NCBI RefSeq assembly: GCF_009914755.1
Contig: NC_060930.1
DNA from: the human T2T-CHM13v2.0 reference genome, Homo sapiens
Length of the DNA stretch: 64,000 bases
Reading direction: 5' to 3' (one strand)
Shown: piece after piece, positions 24,794 to 38,686 of the stretch
Layout of the letters: every line of letters begins with the position of its first letter
How positions within the stretch are numbered: the first letter of the stretch is position 1
The notes under the pieces: model-generated
What the model saw: the letters and a program-made list of their open reading frames with translations, nothing else
Databases searched by the model: none
What the model was told of the DNA's origin: nothing
Program-made: the position numbers and the translations under genes

Positions 24794-27404
24794 TCAAAGC
24801 ATAGGAAAAAGTATGGAGTAAAGAAGGAAAAACACAGATAAGGAAGAAACACTAGAAAGTTCTTTTCCTCTATATTGACTGGATAAAATAAATAACAGTA
24901 TTTGTAGATACTGCATTTGCTGATTATAAAACAACTATTTTGCTTTCTACACAAAATAGCTTTTTTTCTTCGGAGTTGTATGCTAAGCAAGAGGTCTCTG
25001 CTTAGGAAACCTATTTGAAAATATAATAAGATGTATTTCAGTAGGGAGAGAACCAACTAAAACATGAAAAAAATATTTTATAAAACTCAATAAAATACTA
25101 ATGATTTTGCAAAAAAAAGTGGACTTTCATGAATGCTTAATGCAGTGTTCACAATATGGACAAAATTTTTACCTCTCTTTTCACTTAACATGGTATCAAG
25201 AGCATTTTCTTAAGTCTCAACCTTAACTATATACCTTCTTAACATGTGTATTTCTTCAAACCCAGTATATAGCTGCACGTGTGGGCTAGATTTGGGGGAT
25301 ATAAAAAATGTGGAGAAACTTTTCTGTTAATTGGTTTGTTGGACATCGTTGGATACTGTAAGATACTGTTACACAGTATAAGACAAAGATTGACAGATGG
25401 AATCCCAAAATATTGGGAAAGTTGAAGTTTGTTCTTTGTGAGAAAGAACTATTCCGCTAACTGACCCTCAGAGACTTATCCACTCTATTTATAATGCTGG
25501 AGCCTAGTGAGCCTCCCCAGCTTGCGGGATAAGGGGGGCGTTATCTTGCCAGATAGGATTTAAGAATGAAGGAGCAGAGGGTCTCTTTCTTCCAAAAATG
25601 ATGGTGGGTGAAACTGAGCTCAGCATGCCAAATTTACCCTTAAATTCCCAGTATGATAGATTTCTCTGCTCCCCAGGAGAAAGGGAGTAAAGGAACAGAA
25701 ATAGGGCAGAAGTGTTTAGGGAAAATCCCTCCTCATAGAAACCAGAACAGCTGAGAAAACGTGTTTCTCTCTAGCGGAAATGACTCCTTAATCCCCTTGG
25801 ATTTTTTCATTCAACACTCTTGGTGGCTTCAGCACATGGTTCAAGGTGGCTTTGAGGGATTAAGCATCAAAAATCTAAGAAGTGTAATGCAGTGTAATTG
25901 GTAGCACTGTTTTGTATTGCTTTGAATCCTAATGTTTTCTTTTGGGTCCTATGCCCAGAGCTGTGTTAATATGCTTGAATGTTTTAAGCTTATTTTAACT
26001 AGCCACCACTGGTAAGAATGCTGACAAGTAAGCCACTAAGATCCACATACTTGACTTCAAATGGTCTAGTTCCACAAACAAATCAATGACACTTTGTCTT
26101 GCTTTACAGATGTTTGTTCAAATATATCAGTTACATCATTGTTCAGAATTTTACACCCCAGAGTTTATTCTAAAGACAGATGAAAGATATGTTTCTGAGT
26201 TCTTAGAAGTATGGGAAATATTATTCATACAAGATATAAACAATAACATTTCTGTAGACATTTACTTTTCTGTTACTATGTATAATGTGTATATATATAT
26301 ATAAAATACAGGCTGCTAAGTGTATTGTCCACTATGAGGACCAAGTGGGTTATGATTGCCAAAGTTGAAGCTGTTTTAGTAAGAAAAACAATTAGTGAGA
26401 GATCTCAAAGTTAAACTGTCTCTATGCCAAATAAAAAAATATGTGTTTTGCAAAACCTACAAATCTTAGTTTTCAAATGATATTGAAAAAACAAACATGC
26501 CTGAAGTACAAATGTGATAGGTGTTATTGCCTCAATTCTTACTGACTTCTGATAAACAAGTTTTAAAACAAAAGCAGAGAGAATATTAAATGACATCTTA
26601 TGATGAAGGAGTTTTACCAGGAGTCTTTTGCATTTAGTGATTTGGTGGCCTTTGAAGATTTCTTACAATTTAGGGAGGGGAATTGTTCTTGGCTGAGGTC
26701 CATGAGTACATGTGGGGACTGAGAGAGGCTGACCAGAATTCTAAAATAAGTCTGTGTTTATAGTACTCACAAATCACAGCTGACTTGTGGTTGAGGCTGT
26801 TACCCTTCATTTCTAGAAAGGTGCAAGGGTGCCCTCTGGGGCCCTGGTGAGAAAGTTTTTCCTCACACTTTCTTGAATTATCTGGGCCATCAAATCAGAA
26901 ACCTCAGAGGCCATTGGCAAGGTTTTAGCCAGCTGAAGTGGAGCCTGCGAAGTGGTCGCAACAGCACGATCAACTGAAGTCCGGATTGCCAGTAATTGCC
27001 AATTCCACCTCTAATTGTCCTCTAGGCCCTTCTAACAATGTGTGACATTGCCGTGCTGGCCTGCCCATCCCTCAATCAGAATGCCAAACTGCTACTTTAA
27101 TGACAGGTTGACTTGTGTTGTGACTCTTTTGGTAATAATAATAATGTTCTTTGCAAAACCACACAATACTGTTTCTTAAAGTGCCCTCAAATTACATCAT
27201 TTGTTGCATTAGCCATAGAGACTATAGAATCTGAAGAACATTACAGATGATCTAATTTAACCTATTTGTTCTGTTAAAAAGGAAATGGAGGGTGAGGACT
27301 AATGTGACACAACTTTACTACCACAAGATTTGAATCCAGAATTTGTTATTCTGAATCCAAATTGAGCAAAGTTTCCATTACACAATGTTTACAGCAAATG
27401 TGGG

Positions 27405-27555
27405 CATGAGACAGGATACATATTATTCCCAGTTTATAGATGAAGCTATTGAAGATCATGAAGGTTAAGTGACTTATACATGGGCACATGACCAAGTCAG
27501 GACAAAGCTAAGAAGGAACTCACTTCCTTTGATTCCCAGTTAGTGTTTTTTACAA
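27405..27555 (-). mobile_element. MIR
   Basis: 'tattccccagtttatagatgaagctattgaag...aggttaagtgactt'. Confidence 0.7.
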
Positions 27556-27703
27556 ACACACATATGCATGAACACAAACTCAGAAACTGAGATACAAATC
27601 TTCCATTAACCAGCTGGTCAACTATTAATCATTTACTGAGCATCAGATATTTTCCTGGTCAGTAGGGATATTTTTAAACAGGACAGAGTCAGGATTTCCA
27701 GGG

Positions 27704-28324
27704 TGTGTCAGCCAGCATCCAAAGTGCCCCCCAAATGATTTTTGCCTCTTTATATATATATCATATGAATATATATTCATATATATTCAATATATATATT
27801 CATGTGATATATATATTTTATATATATATATATTTCTACCCTAGTCTAGTCCTTTCTCACATTGAATAGGGATGACCTGTATAAACTATAGGACAGTGCT
27901 GGAACAACCATGTGTTACTTCCAAGTCTAGATAAAAAAGCACATTGTGATTTCTGCCTTGCTTTCTCTTGGATCACTTGCTCTTGGGGAATCCAGCTGCC
28001 ATATTGTGAGGACACTCCAGCAGCCCTGTGGAGAAATCCATGTGGCAAGGAATTGAGACCTCTGTCTGGTCACCATCATAAACCTGCCTACCATGTGTGT
28101 CAGCCATCTTAAAATCAGATTTTCTAGCCCCAGTCAAGTCTTCAGATGACTGCAGCCCTGGCTGACATCTAACTGCAACCTTGTATGAGACTCTGAGGCA
28201 GAACAACCCAACTAAGCCACTCCCAAATTCTTAACTCACAAAAAAGTATGTGAGATAATAAATGATTGTTGTTGTTTCAAGCTGCGAAGTTTTACATAAT
28301 TATGCAGTGATTGATAACTAATAT
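27704..28324 (+). mobile_element. MaLR solo LTR (MLT1F-like) with an AT-rich low-complexity insert at 27750-27833
   Basis: 'cagctgccatattgtgaggacactc', 'cccagtcaagtcttcagatgactgcagccctggctgaca'. Confidence 0.85.
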
Positions 28325-28499
28325 TGAGGAAGTGATAAACACATAATAAATAAAATAATTTCAGATGTCAATAGTGTTATGAAGAAGATAAAGGAGAACA
28401 ATATGATAGAGGAATGGGGGAAAAGCTGCTTTGCTAAGACTGGGAACCTCTCTGAGGAAGTAACACTTGAGACAAGACTGAGCATAAAGAAGCAATCAT

Positions 28500-28633
28500 G
28501 GCTGGGTGCGGTGGCTCATTCCTGTAATCCTAGCACTTTGGGAGACCGAGGTGGGAGAATTGCTTGAGGCCAGGAGTTCAAGACCTCAAGAACAACTTGG
28601 CCAACATAGCGAGACCCTGTCTCTTAAAAAAAA
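28500..28633 (+). mobile_element. FLAM_C / Alu left monomer
   Basis: Left monomer only with A tail; TSD caatcatg. Confidence 0.88.
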
Positions 28634-30743
28634 TCAATCATGAAAAGATCTGAAGGAAAAGAAACCCAGAAAGAAGCAGGAGTAGGGACAAAGACCCTGA
28701 GTCAGGAAGATTGGCATGTTTGAAGCACAGAAAGCTACCCAATTTGGCTGGAGGATGGTGAATTGGGGAGAAAGTTGAGCATGGTAAAATCAGAGATATA
28801 GGAAGGGGCTAATCACAAAAAGCCCTGAAGGTAATGGAAAGTCATTGGAGGATTTGTGGCTAGAGGAGGCACATGATCTGATTTAAACGTTGGAAAGATC
28901 TTTCTGGCTGTGTGTAGGCACTGGATAGTCGGAGGGTGGGAACGCATACAGAAAGAGAAATTAGAGGCTGTTGCAGCTGTTCTGAAAAGTGATAGTTGCC
29001 AATTGAACTAGGGTGGCAGCAGTGAAGTGGTAAGAACTGGTTGGACTTGGGATATATTTTGAAGATAGGGCTGACAGGACTTGCTAATGGAATTGGTGTG
29101 GGGTATGTGGGAAAGGGAAATTAAGGACAACTCAGCTGTGAGCCATGTGGTTGAGAAACCACTGTTGACTTCAGGTTTTTCATGTGAAAAAAAAAAAGGT
29201 AATAACTGGACCTATCTTTGTGATATGACATACTTTATTGGACATTTCTTTAAAAAGCATTCAGCATTCAGCAGCTTCAAGAGATTCTTACTGCTCATGA
29301 CCTCACTCAAGTTTATTAGAGTTGTTTTGCTTGGGAAGGCAGCAAATACTGGCAGATACCTGGCTGTGTGAAATGAACTCTTTTCTCTTAAATTATTGTG
29401 TCTTATGGAGACTTTTATTTAAGGCTTTCTGAGTTCCAGTTATAGTTACTTCTTCATGAAGATAACACTAAAAAGCAGCTTATTTCTCTATTGCTACGTT
29501 CTTTCTGCATAGAAAATATGGTCCTGATAAATATGAAAATCAAAAGGCAGTTTTCACTGGAATACAATCAAGCCTTGTGAAAAATCTTAGGCATTCAGCA
29601 CCTATTTTTAATGTCAGCATGTATTTTTAACAATAACACCTCATGATTTGAAAATGATAAGGCACACAACTATGGGTACTGTTTATGGTTGAAAACTAAT
29701 AGCAAGTTCTCTTATACTTTATCCTGCAAGGGAAAGACCAGCATGGGTCACTGTGGCCATATTATGTTACAGCCCCGTAAATCAGCTGTTCTCTCACTCA
29801 TTCACACACACAGATCCTAGCTACTTAATATACAGTTAAGCACATTTTCTAAAACAAAATTAAAATTCATTCAAATGCCGAACAGATGTGAATAAAAAGA
29901 AGAGGGTAGTTTAGAAATATTTCCGTTGCTATCAGCAATTATTTTGTTCCATGAATGGCATTGGCTATTGGTGTGGAATGTGAATAAAGCTGGTTTGGTT
30001 ACTGTGGGAGTTGGAACAACAGCAAGTTTCCCATTTTCAGTCCATGAGATTGTTTATTGAAAGTTCATTATGCTTTTCAAGCTATATTTTAAATAAAGCA
30101 TCAAATTAAAATAAAAAATATTTTATATAGATAAGAAAAGGATTTTGTTCTACACATTCACATAGATATGGTCATATACAAAATGCTACAAAAGCTGATT
30201 TTTAGAATACATTTTTTGAAATATTCCTAAACCTAAAAATAACTACAGCAATAAAAATTATTGCTATCTTTATTAGTACAAAAATATCCCCTTGAACCAC
30301 ATTCAAACAGACAAATTAAATAATTAGAAATTGGTTTGTACTTGTAAGGTACATTTTATTTAAATACTACTATTAGTTTACTGGAAAATTAGAAAACATA
30401 AATGTACTCCAGCTAATCAATTATGTATACCAGTGATTTTAAAAATGCAGGGTAATATGAAGAAATCTGGTGGGTGGAAATGAACTTTCTAAGTACAAAA
30501 TTTTTATTAATAGGGGCCTCATTTTATAAGGAGTCCATCCAAATGAAATGTCAACCAACTCATGGGAAAGACCAACATGATGATCAAAGGAGACAAAGGA
30601 AGTGAATATTACTCTTGAAATTAAAACATGATTCTAATAGAAAAACTGGAATCAGAAAGGCTGACATCTCATATTAACCATGAATGACACTGGGCTACAT
30701 ATATATCTAACTTACAAGGAAACAAAACATTGTGTAATATAAC

Positions 30744-30783
30744 TATATTAGTCAGAGTTCCCCAGGAAAACGGAACCAATAGG

Positions 30784-30859
<76 letters not shown>

Positions 30860-31221
30860 TGATTTATTTTAAGGAATTGGCTTAGTGTGATTGTGTAGCC
30901 TGACGAATCCAAAATCTACAGGATAAGCCAGCAGTCTAGACACCCAGGAAAAAGTTGATATTGCAGTTTGAGGCTGAAGGCAGCCTTTTGTAGAATTTCC
31001 TCTTCCTTAGGAGAGGTCAGTTTTTTTTTTCTTAAGACTTTTAATGATTGAATGAGGCTCACTCACATTATGGAGGGTAATCTGCTTTACTCAAAGCTTA
31101 CTTACTGATTTAAATGTTAATCTCATGTAGAAAATGCCTTCATGGCAAAATCCAGATGTGTTTGACCAGACATCTGGGAACTGTGGCCTAGCCAAGTTGA
31201 CACATAAGATTAACCATTACA
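30744..31221 (-). mobile_element. ERVL LTR (MLT2C/D-like)
   Basis: 'attagtcagagttccccaggaaaacggaaccaatagga' ... 'ggcctagccaagttgacacataagattaaccattaca'. Confidence 0.85.
30789..30856. repeat. Compound microsatellite (TA)15(GA)19
   Basis: Read directly. Confidence 0.97.
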
Positions 31222-31379
31222 AGAATATGGTAAATCAGTTCTCTCACAGATTGATGGTAAATGTACTAACTCTTCAATAATTCAAACAATTTGAATGTTT
31301 TATCAAGTTTCAACATATTTACAGTTTTTTTAAACCAAATAGTTATGTTTCTATTCTATGGAAGTAAACCTAAGTGCAT

Positions 31380-32750
31380 ACACAAAGAGCATAAATCATA
31401 AAGGAAAAGATTAATAAGTGCAATATATTAAAATTAAAAATTTGTGTGACATTAGACATCATACACAGGTTGAAAGTAAGTAATAAGGCCGGATGTGGTG
31501 GCTCACACCTGTAATCCCAGCACTTCGGGAGGCTGAGGCTGGAGGATCACGTCAGTTCAGGAGTTCGAGGCCAGCCTGACCAATATGGTGGAACCCTGTC
31601 TCTACTAAAAATACAAAAATTAGCCAGGCGTGGTGTCATGCGCCTGTAGTCCCAGTTGCTCAGAAGGCTGAGACAGGAGAATTGCTTGAACCTGGGAGGC
31701 AGAGGTTCTAGTGAACCAAGATTGTGCCACTGCACTCCAGCCGGGGCAACAGACAGAGACGCCATCTCAAAAAAAAAAAAAAAAAAAAGGAAAGTAAGTA
31801 ATTAAACAAGAAAGGTATGTGGGACACACAGCAGACAAAAGATTAGTAACCAGAGTACATAGAGAGCTCTTACACTCCTACAGTCAATGAGAAAAAGATT
31901 TAAAATCCAATGGAAAACGAGCAAAGGTTAAAGGGCAATTCTTGAAAGAGGACACCTGAATGACTAGCAATCATTTGAAAGAATATGCAGCCTAAATTGT
32001 AATTAGAGAAATGCAAATTAAGACAACAGTCAATTTTCAAACTATCAGAAAGACCAAAATTAAAAGTTTAACAATGCCAGCTGTTGGTAAGAATATAAAT
32101 TGTCATAACTACATTGGAGAATAGTTTACCAATACCTAGGAAAACTGAAGATATGTATACCTTAAAACCTTAAAATTCTCCTCCTAGGTCTATGTAATGT
32201 AGGGAAATGTTGGCACATGAACATAGATATGCAGAAAGAATATGTATTATTTGTAGTATTATTTATAAATTCAGAAAAGAGCACATAATTTATGTATCCA
32301 TCAGCAGAAAAATACATATAGCTTGATATAGTTAGCAAATAAAATATTGTATGGCAATTTAAATAAACTAGATTCATATATATCAGCATGGGTTTATCAT
32401 GAAAACATGTCATGTGAAAAAAGCAAGTTGCAAAATTATATATATCGTATGCTTTCCCTTATCACAACTTTAAAGACATTTAGTTGAGAAAGTCGAGTAA
32501 AAGTTTAAGAAATTATATCACTATATTATAGCATACTATGTTACACTATACTATACATGCATATGTAGTAATATTATTTTTTAAAGGAGAGCAAAACATC
32601 CACCAACATTAAAATATTGTTTATCTTTACAAAGATGGTGAGGGCAATGGGTGGCTGTGTGTGCATGTGGGCACTCATACTGTGTAAAAAGAAGGGAGTG
32701 AGGAGGTACAAAAGGGCTTTAACTGAATATGTAATGTTTTATTTTTTTAA
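31380..32750 (+). mobile_element. Ancient L1ME fragment (ORF2 3' part and 3' UTR), interrupted by Alu
   Basis: 'aatccaatggaaaacgagcaaagg', 'taattagagaaatgcaaattaagacaaca', 'aattctcctcctaggtctat'. Confidence 0.7.
31487..31788 (+). mobile_element. AluS (Sx-like)
   Basis: Full Alu, A21 tail, TSD gaaagtaagtaat. Confidence 0.95.
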
Positions 32751-32789
32751 ACAGAAACAAGTTCAGCAAATATGGCAAAGTAATATGTT

Positions 32790-33012
32790 AAGAATGTACA
32801 ACACCAAGAGTGAACCCTAAGGTAAGCTTCGGGCTCTAGGTGATAACGATGCATCATTCTAAGTTCGTGGATGTTTAAATATGTACCACTTTGGTGCCAA
32901 ATGTTAATAGTAAGGGAGGCATATGCAGGGGCAGAAGGTATACGTGGACTCTCAACTTTCTGTTCAATTTTGCCGTGAACCTAAAACTGCTCTAAAAGTA
33001 GTTTACTAATTG
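32790..33012 (+). mobile_element. L1MC 3' end
   Basis: 'agaatgtacaacaccaagagtgaaccctaa' ... 'gtgaacctaaaactgctctaaaa'. Confidence 0.85.
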
Positions 33013-33291
33013 AAAATAATGTTAGGTGATGTTTACACTTTAAAAATTATTATTTGGAGATAGACAAATATTTTAAAAATTTAATAACAATATTAGTTTT
33101 AGGTCACTTCAAAATTTTATTTCAGGTGCATGCATTACTGCTATGTTAAATATAAATATAAATAAACTTGAAAATTTACGTCTCAAAAAGCTAAGATTGA
33201 TATTTCTTGAGGGGAGGTCATTTTAGATGATATACATGTACTTATTAGATATATGTAAATATATATGTGTATATGTATGTGTATGTATATA

Positions 33292-34474
33292 CAGTCATAT
33301 GTCACTTAATGACAGGGGCAGTTCTGAGAAATGCATCATTAGAAGATTTTGTCTTTGTGCAAACATCACAGAACGGTATTTACACAAACTTAGATGGTAT
33401 AGCCTACTACACACTGAGGCTCTATAGAATAGCCTAAGCTCCAAACCTGGATAACATGTTACTGTACTGAATATCGTAGGCAATTGTAACACAATGGTAA
33501 GTATTCATGCATCTAAACATATTTAAAAATAGAAAAGATACAGTAAAATTACAGAGTAAAGATAAATAAGGGTACATCTATTTAGGGCACTTAATAGGAA
33601 TGAAGCTCTCAGGACTGGAAATTGCTCTGGGTGAGCTGGTGAGTGAGTGGAGAGTGAATGTGAAGGCCTAGGATGTTACTGTAGATGATATAAACACTAT
33701 ACATTTAGACCACACTATATTTATAAAAACAGTTTTCCTTCTTCAATAATAAATTAACTTTAGCTTACTGTAGCTTTTTTACTTTGTAAACTTAATTTTT
33801 TTAACTATTAAACTGTCTTATAAATATTTAGCTTAAAACACAAACACATTGTACTTCTATACAAAAATGTTTCCTTTCTTTATATCCATTTTCTGTAAGT
33901 TTTTGGTTTTCAAATTTTATTATTACTTTTTAAAAACTAACTAAACTTTTTTGTTAAAAACTAAGGCACAAACACACATTAGTGTAGTCCTACACAGAGT
34001 CAGGATCATGAATATCACCGTCTTTCACCTCCACGTCTTGTCCTACTGGAAGGTCTTGAGGGATAATAGCACACATGGAGCTGTCATCTTCTATGATGAC
34101 AATGACTTCTGGGATCCTCCCTGAAGGACTTGCCTGAGGTTGCTTTACAGTTAACCTTTAAAAAAAAGTAAATAGAAGGAGTATTCTCTAAAATAATGAC
34201 TAAAAGCATAGCATAGTAAATACATAAACCAGTCACATAATCTTTATTATCAAGTATTATGTATCGCACATAATTGTATGTGCTATAATTTTATATAACT
34301 GGTGGTGCAGTAGGTTTGTTTTCTCCTTTATCACCAAACACATATGTGTAATGGGTTATGCTATGATGTTATGACATACCTAGGTAGGAATTTTTCAGCT
34401 TCATTATAATCTCATGGGACTGCCGTTGTAGATGTGGCCCCTTGATGACCAAACATTGTCATGAGGTACGTGAC

Positions 34475-34476
<2 letters not shown>
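33292..34476 (+). mobile_element. Tigger3b (MER7B), about 1.2 kb
   Basis: TA|cagtcat start and 'cgtgacta|ta' end; shares its left part with the Tigger3a copies and has a longer internal region. Confidence 0.88.

Positions 34477-34478
<2 letters not shown>

Positions 34479-34507
<29 letters not shown>
34479..34507. repeat. (CA)14 microsatellite
   Basis: Read directly. Confidence 0.95.
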
Positions 34508-34509
<2 letters not shown>

Positions 34510-34917
34510 AAATACATACACATACAAACATATTTTGCATTTCAGTAACATACTTTTCGGTTTTGCAACTTAAAATATTAATGTTTAAGCTTTTTAGGTC
34601 AAATGTGAGTGGTGTATGTATCAAGTATTTGCTTTATCATCTTTGTAAGGAAAAACATGTGATTTCCTCAATGCTTTTAGTTGACTTTCTCACTCTACAG
34701 CTCTCATAGGATTCCATAGTTTATTCCCAAACTTCAGTCACTGTTTCTTGTTGCTAGCTAAATAGGAACCTCAAGATAAAGACAAAATTACATATGATTG
34801 CTAGAAACAAATGAATCTCTTTATTATTGATAACAGAAAAGTTACTTAGCTCTTGAACAGAAAGGTTTCAGGATATTCCAGTGCAATAGTTCTATAGCTG
34901 CAGTTTTTAAAAATTCT

Positions 34918-35226
<309 letters not shown>

Positions 35227-36959
35227 CTAGGGACATCTCATACCAGCACATCAATCTCAGAGTAGGATCTGGCATCAGTATTTTTTAAACTTCCTAGGTA
35301 TGCGACCAAAAGTCTTTTGATAATGTGTAATTCAGAACCGTAACTTTTCTTCTTCTCTCTTGAAGAAAGATATGTCATATGAGATTTTACACTTAGATTC
35401 CTATAGCAGCCATGATAATGCCTAAAATTGGTATGGTCTTCACAGCTTTGAACCTTATGAACTCTATAACTCTTTGAATTCATAATGGGTCAGGAGCATG
35501 ACCCCTTATCTTGTTAGATTTATCTTATGAATACTGCTTTACTTATGTATGTTTTTTGTTGCTAATGGCAACAGCATCTAATATTTCAAGTGTTGGCCAA
35601 AAATAATATCACAAAAATAGGTTATTTTGAAAAAAGTTACAAATACTTACCTAGAGGGACTTTTAAGAATGATTAGTTCTTAGTTAAAACTGAAAATCTG
35701 CAGTTAAGAAACCTCATTTATTTAAATATCTGGATGATATTTATAACATTTTTTATAAACATAGTGATTAAAATTTTCACTTTTCATCATTTCCTGGCAG
35801 TTGGGCTTATGTTTACCATTGACTTGTGTTTTGTTTCATGTAAAAAACAATAAAACCAGAAATAGGTGATGGTTAAGATACTTCAAAAGGCAAACTATTC
35901 CTGGTTCATAATGTATTTCATGGAAGCTTAGTTACTACTGTTGAACATTGTAATTCAGTTTCAAGAACTGCTGAGAGACAGAAACTTATTCTGGATTTCT
36001 GACATATGGTTATAAAGTTGTATGTCCCTCAGTATGTACACAGGTGTCATGATATGCACTGAAGTATAAAATCTCATTTATGGTATAATGATGTACTTTA
36101 TATACAGCCTCTCTTATCATTTGAGAAACTGATCTTGCAGCTAAATCACCACCAACTTAAAGGTCTTGAAAGGTGGGTCAGACATAACGCTGGGGTGGAA
36201 TATGCAATTACTGATGGAGCATAATTTCCGTGATAATAGAAAGCTATTGTTTCTTCATTCATGTATTCATTTGTTTACTAAAATTAAATTGAGCACTTAT
36301 TTCATACCCTATTTTGTATTGCAAATTATTTATTTTGCAACATTAATGCCCCTTAGGAAAAAGGGATTGAATCTCCTTCATTTCAATGAAATGGAAATTT
36401 GACATTGACTAGCAGAAAATCTTTGTAATAATTATTTGACTGTTGGCATAAATTTGCTTCACAGATTAATTAGCTACTACAGAGGAAAACAAAGTTCAAG
36501 GATCTGTGAGGGGAAAGTGAAGCATTCCTCCACAACTCTATTTCACATATTTAAAGATTTTTCTCTTTTGTGAAAACCCTTCTCCTCTTTTAATATATCC
36601 CATAGTCATGTTATAATTTTTTTGCTTCTATTTGCTGTCAACCTTATGAAAGAAGTGTTCTATTATGCTGTTTTCATATCCTCATTAACAATTCATTTTC
36701 AAAAATTAATTATTGATTTTGTAAAGATGACAAATGGTTATTATAGAAGGAAATATAAGCAATATTGAAAACTTAGAAAAATAATCTTACCTCTAATATT
36801 CTACCTCCTCAAAATCACAATCATAAACATTTAAGAAGTGTTACTTAGGAAATCTCTCTATGCATAAATCAATAGGGAGATAAATTTTAAAATATTAGAA
36901 AAATAGGATTATATTATTTATGTTCTTTTCAAATTCAAGATATTCAATATTTATTTTTC

Positions 36960-37235
36960 TTATCAACTCAATAAGTGAAATATTTCATATACAATAAACT
37001 CCATCCATGTAGGTGCACAGCTCGATAAGTTTTGACAGTTATACACACCCATGAAACTACCCTCACAATAAAGACACAGCAAACTTGCATCAATCCCAAA
37101 AGATTCCTCACTCCCCATTCCATGTCTCTCTGCTCTCTGTCCTAGGCAACAACTGATGTGATTTTTTTGTCACTATAGATTCATTTACATTTTATGTAAA
37201 TGGAATTATAGAGACTGTACTGTTCTTTGTCTTTC
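36960..37235 (-). mobile_element. L1MD/ME 3' end
   Basis: 'gtgcacagctcgataagttttgaca', 'ctaggcaacaactgat', 'ttttatgtaaatggaattata'. Confidence 0.75.
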
Positions 37236-37601
37236 ATGGAGAAGTTTTCTGAATATAATGTTGTATAAATGTCAATTAGATCCATGTGGTAATGCTTTCT
37301 AGTTCTTCTATGTTTCCAATGAATTTTTAGTCTCAATTTTCTATCAATTGTTTAGACAAGAGTGTAACATTCTCCTCTCAAAATTGTGGAAATATTTATT
37401 CCACTAATTCTATTAATTTTTGCTTCATGTGTTTTGAGGCTCTGTCATTTGGCACATATCCATGTATTATTTTTATGTCCTACTGATGAACTGAATCTTT
37501 TTTATTACAAAATGTTTCTCTTTATATTTAGTAGTACTCTTGGCATGAAGTCTATTTTTGAATTTTTTTCTGGTATCATTTCTCTTTAGCTTGAGAGAGT
37601 C

Positions 37602-37983
37602 TCTGGATAATCTCTGAACTAAACACTTATGAAACAAACAGAAAGTAACTTGCAGCTAAGAAGTCACTTATATTTGAGCTGTCAACAACTGCAGACATGA
37701 AAGTATACAATTTGAGTCCAACCAAGTCAACTATGGACTAAAACAAAAACTTCAACACTCTTTAAAGCAATATGATGGATTCTAGAGTCTATACAACATA
37801 ATATTTATAACATCCAGGGTACAATTCAAAATTATTCAACAAAAGTCCAGAAAATATGACCCATTGCTAAGGAAAAAGACAATCAACAAATGCCAACTCT
37901 GAGATGACCCAGATGTTGGAATTATCAGGTAAGGACTACAAAACAGCTATTATAATTCTCTTCAGTTAAGTAAAGAAAAATAT
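37602..37983 (+). repeat. Left arm of 382-bp inverted repeat
   Basis: Reverse complement of 38687-39068; 6 substitutions, no indels (aligned by hand). Confidence 0.98.
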
Positions 37984-38686
37984 TTTATTGCCTTCAATAC
38001 AGATCTGGAAGCAATAAGTTCCCTTACAGTTTTTATTTGTTTTACAATCTGAAAATATCTTTATTTCACCTTCATTCTTGCTGGATTTAGAATTTTGGAT
38101 CAACAGTTTATTTTCTTTCAGTACATTAAGAACATTGTTTTATTGGTTTCTGGTCTTTATCGTTTCTGAGAGGCAAGTGACCATTTAAATCATTATTTTC
38201 CCATATGTAAAGTGACGTTTTTCTGTAGCCATTTTTAAGATATACTTGTTATCTTTGGTTTCCAAGAGTTGGACCATCATGTTCTTAGCCATGGTTTTCT
38301 TCTAACTAAACCTGTTTGGAGTTTACTGAACTTCTTGAATATGTAAATTTATGGGTTTTGCCATTTTTTAATGCTTTCAGGCATTATATCTATAAATATT
38401 TTGTATTTTGCATTTGAGAATGTCCATCCCCAATCTCTATCTCCTTTTTGGGACTCTAGCTACCCATATAAAGACCTTCAGAAATTGTGCCGCAGATTCC
38501 TGAAGCTCTGTTCTTGCTTAGTATAATTTCTCTCTCTCTCTTCTTCCTCCTCCTTTTCCTCCTCTTGCTTCCTGTTTTTCTCACTGAATAATTTTTATTG
38601 ATCTGTCTTTAAGTTCACTTACTCTTACTTCTGTAATTTCCATTCTGCTATTAAGATTTTCAAGTAAATTCTTCTCACTTATGAAC

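Larger units (their letters stand above)
27625..29135 (-). mobile_element. L2a 3' portion, interrupted by an MLT1F LTR and a FLAM
   Basis: 'cctctctgaggaagtaacacttgag', 'gaaagtcattggaggattt', 'ggatatattttgaagatagggctgacaggacttgctaatggaattgg'. Confidence 0.75.
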
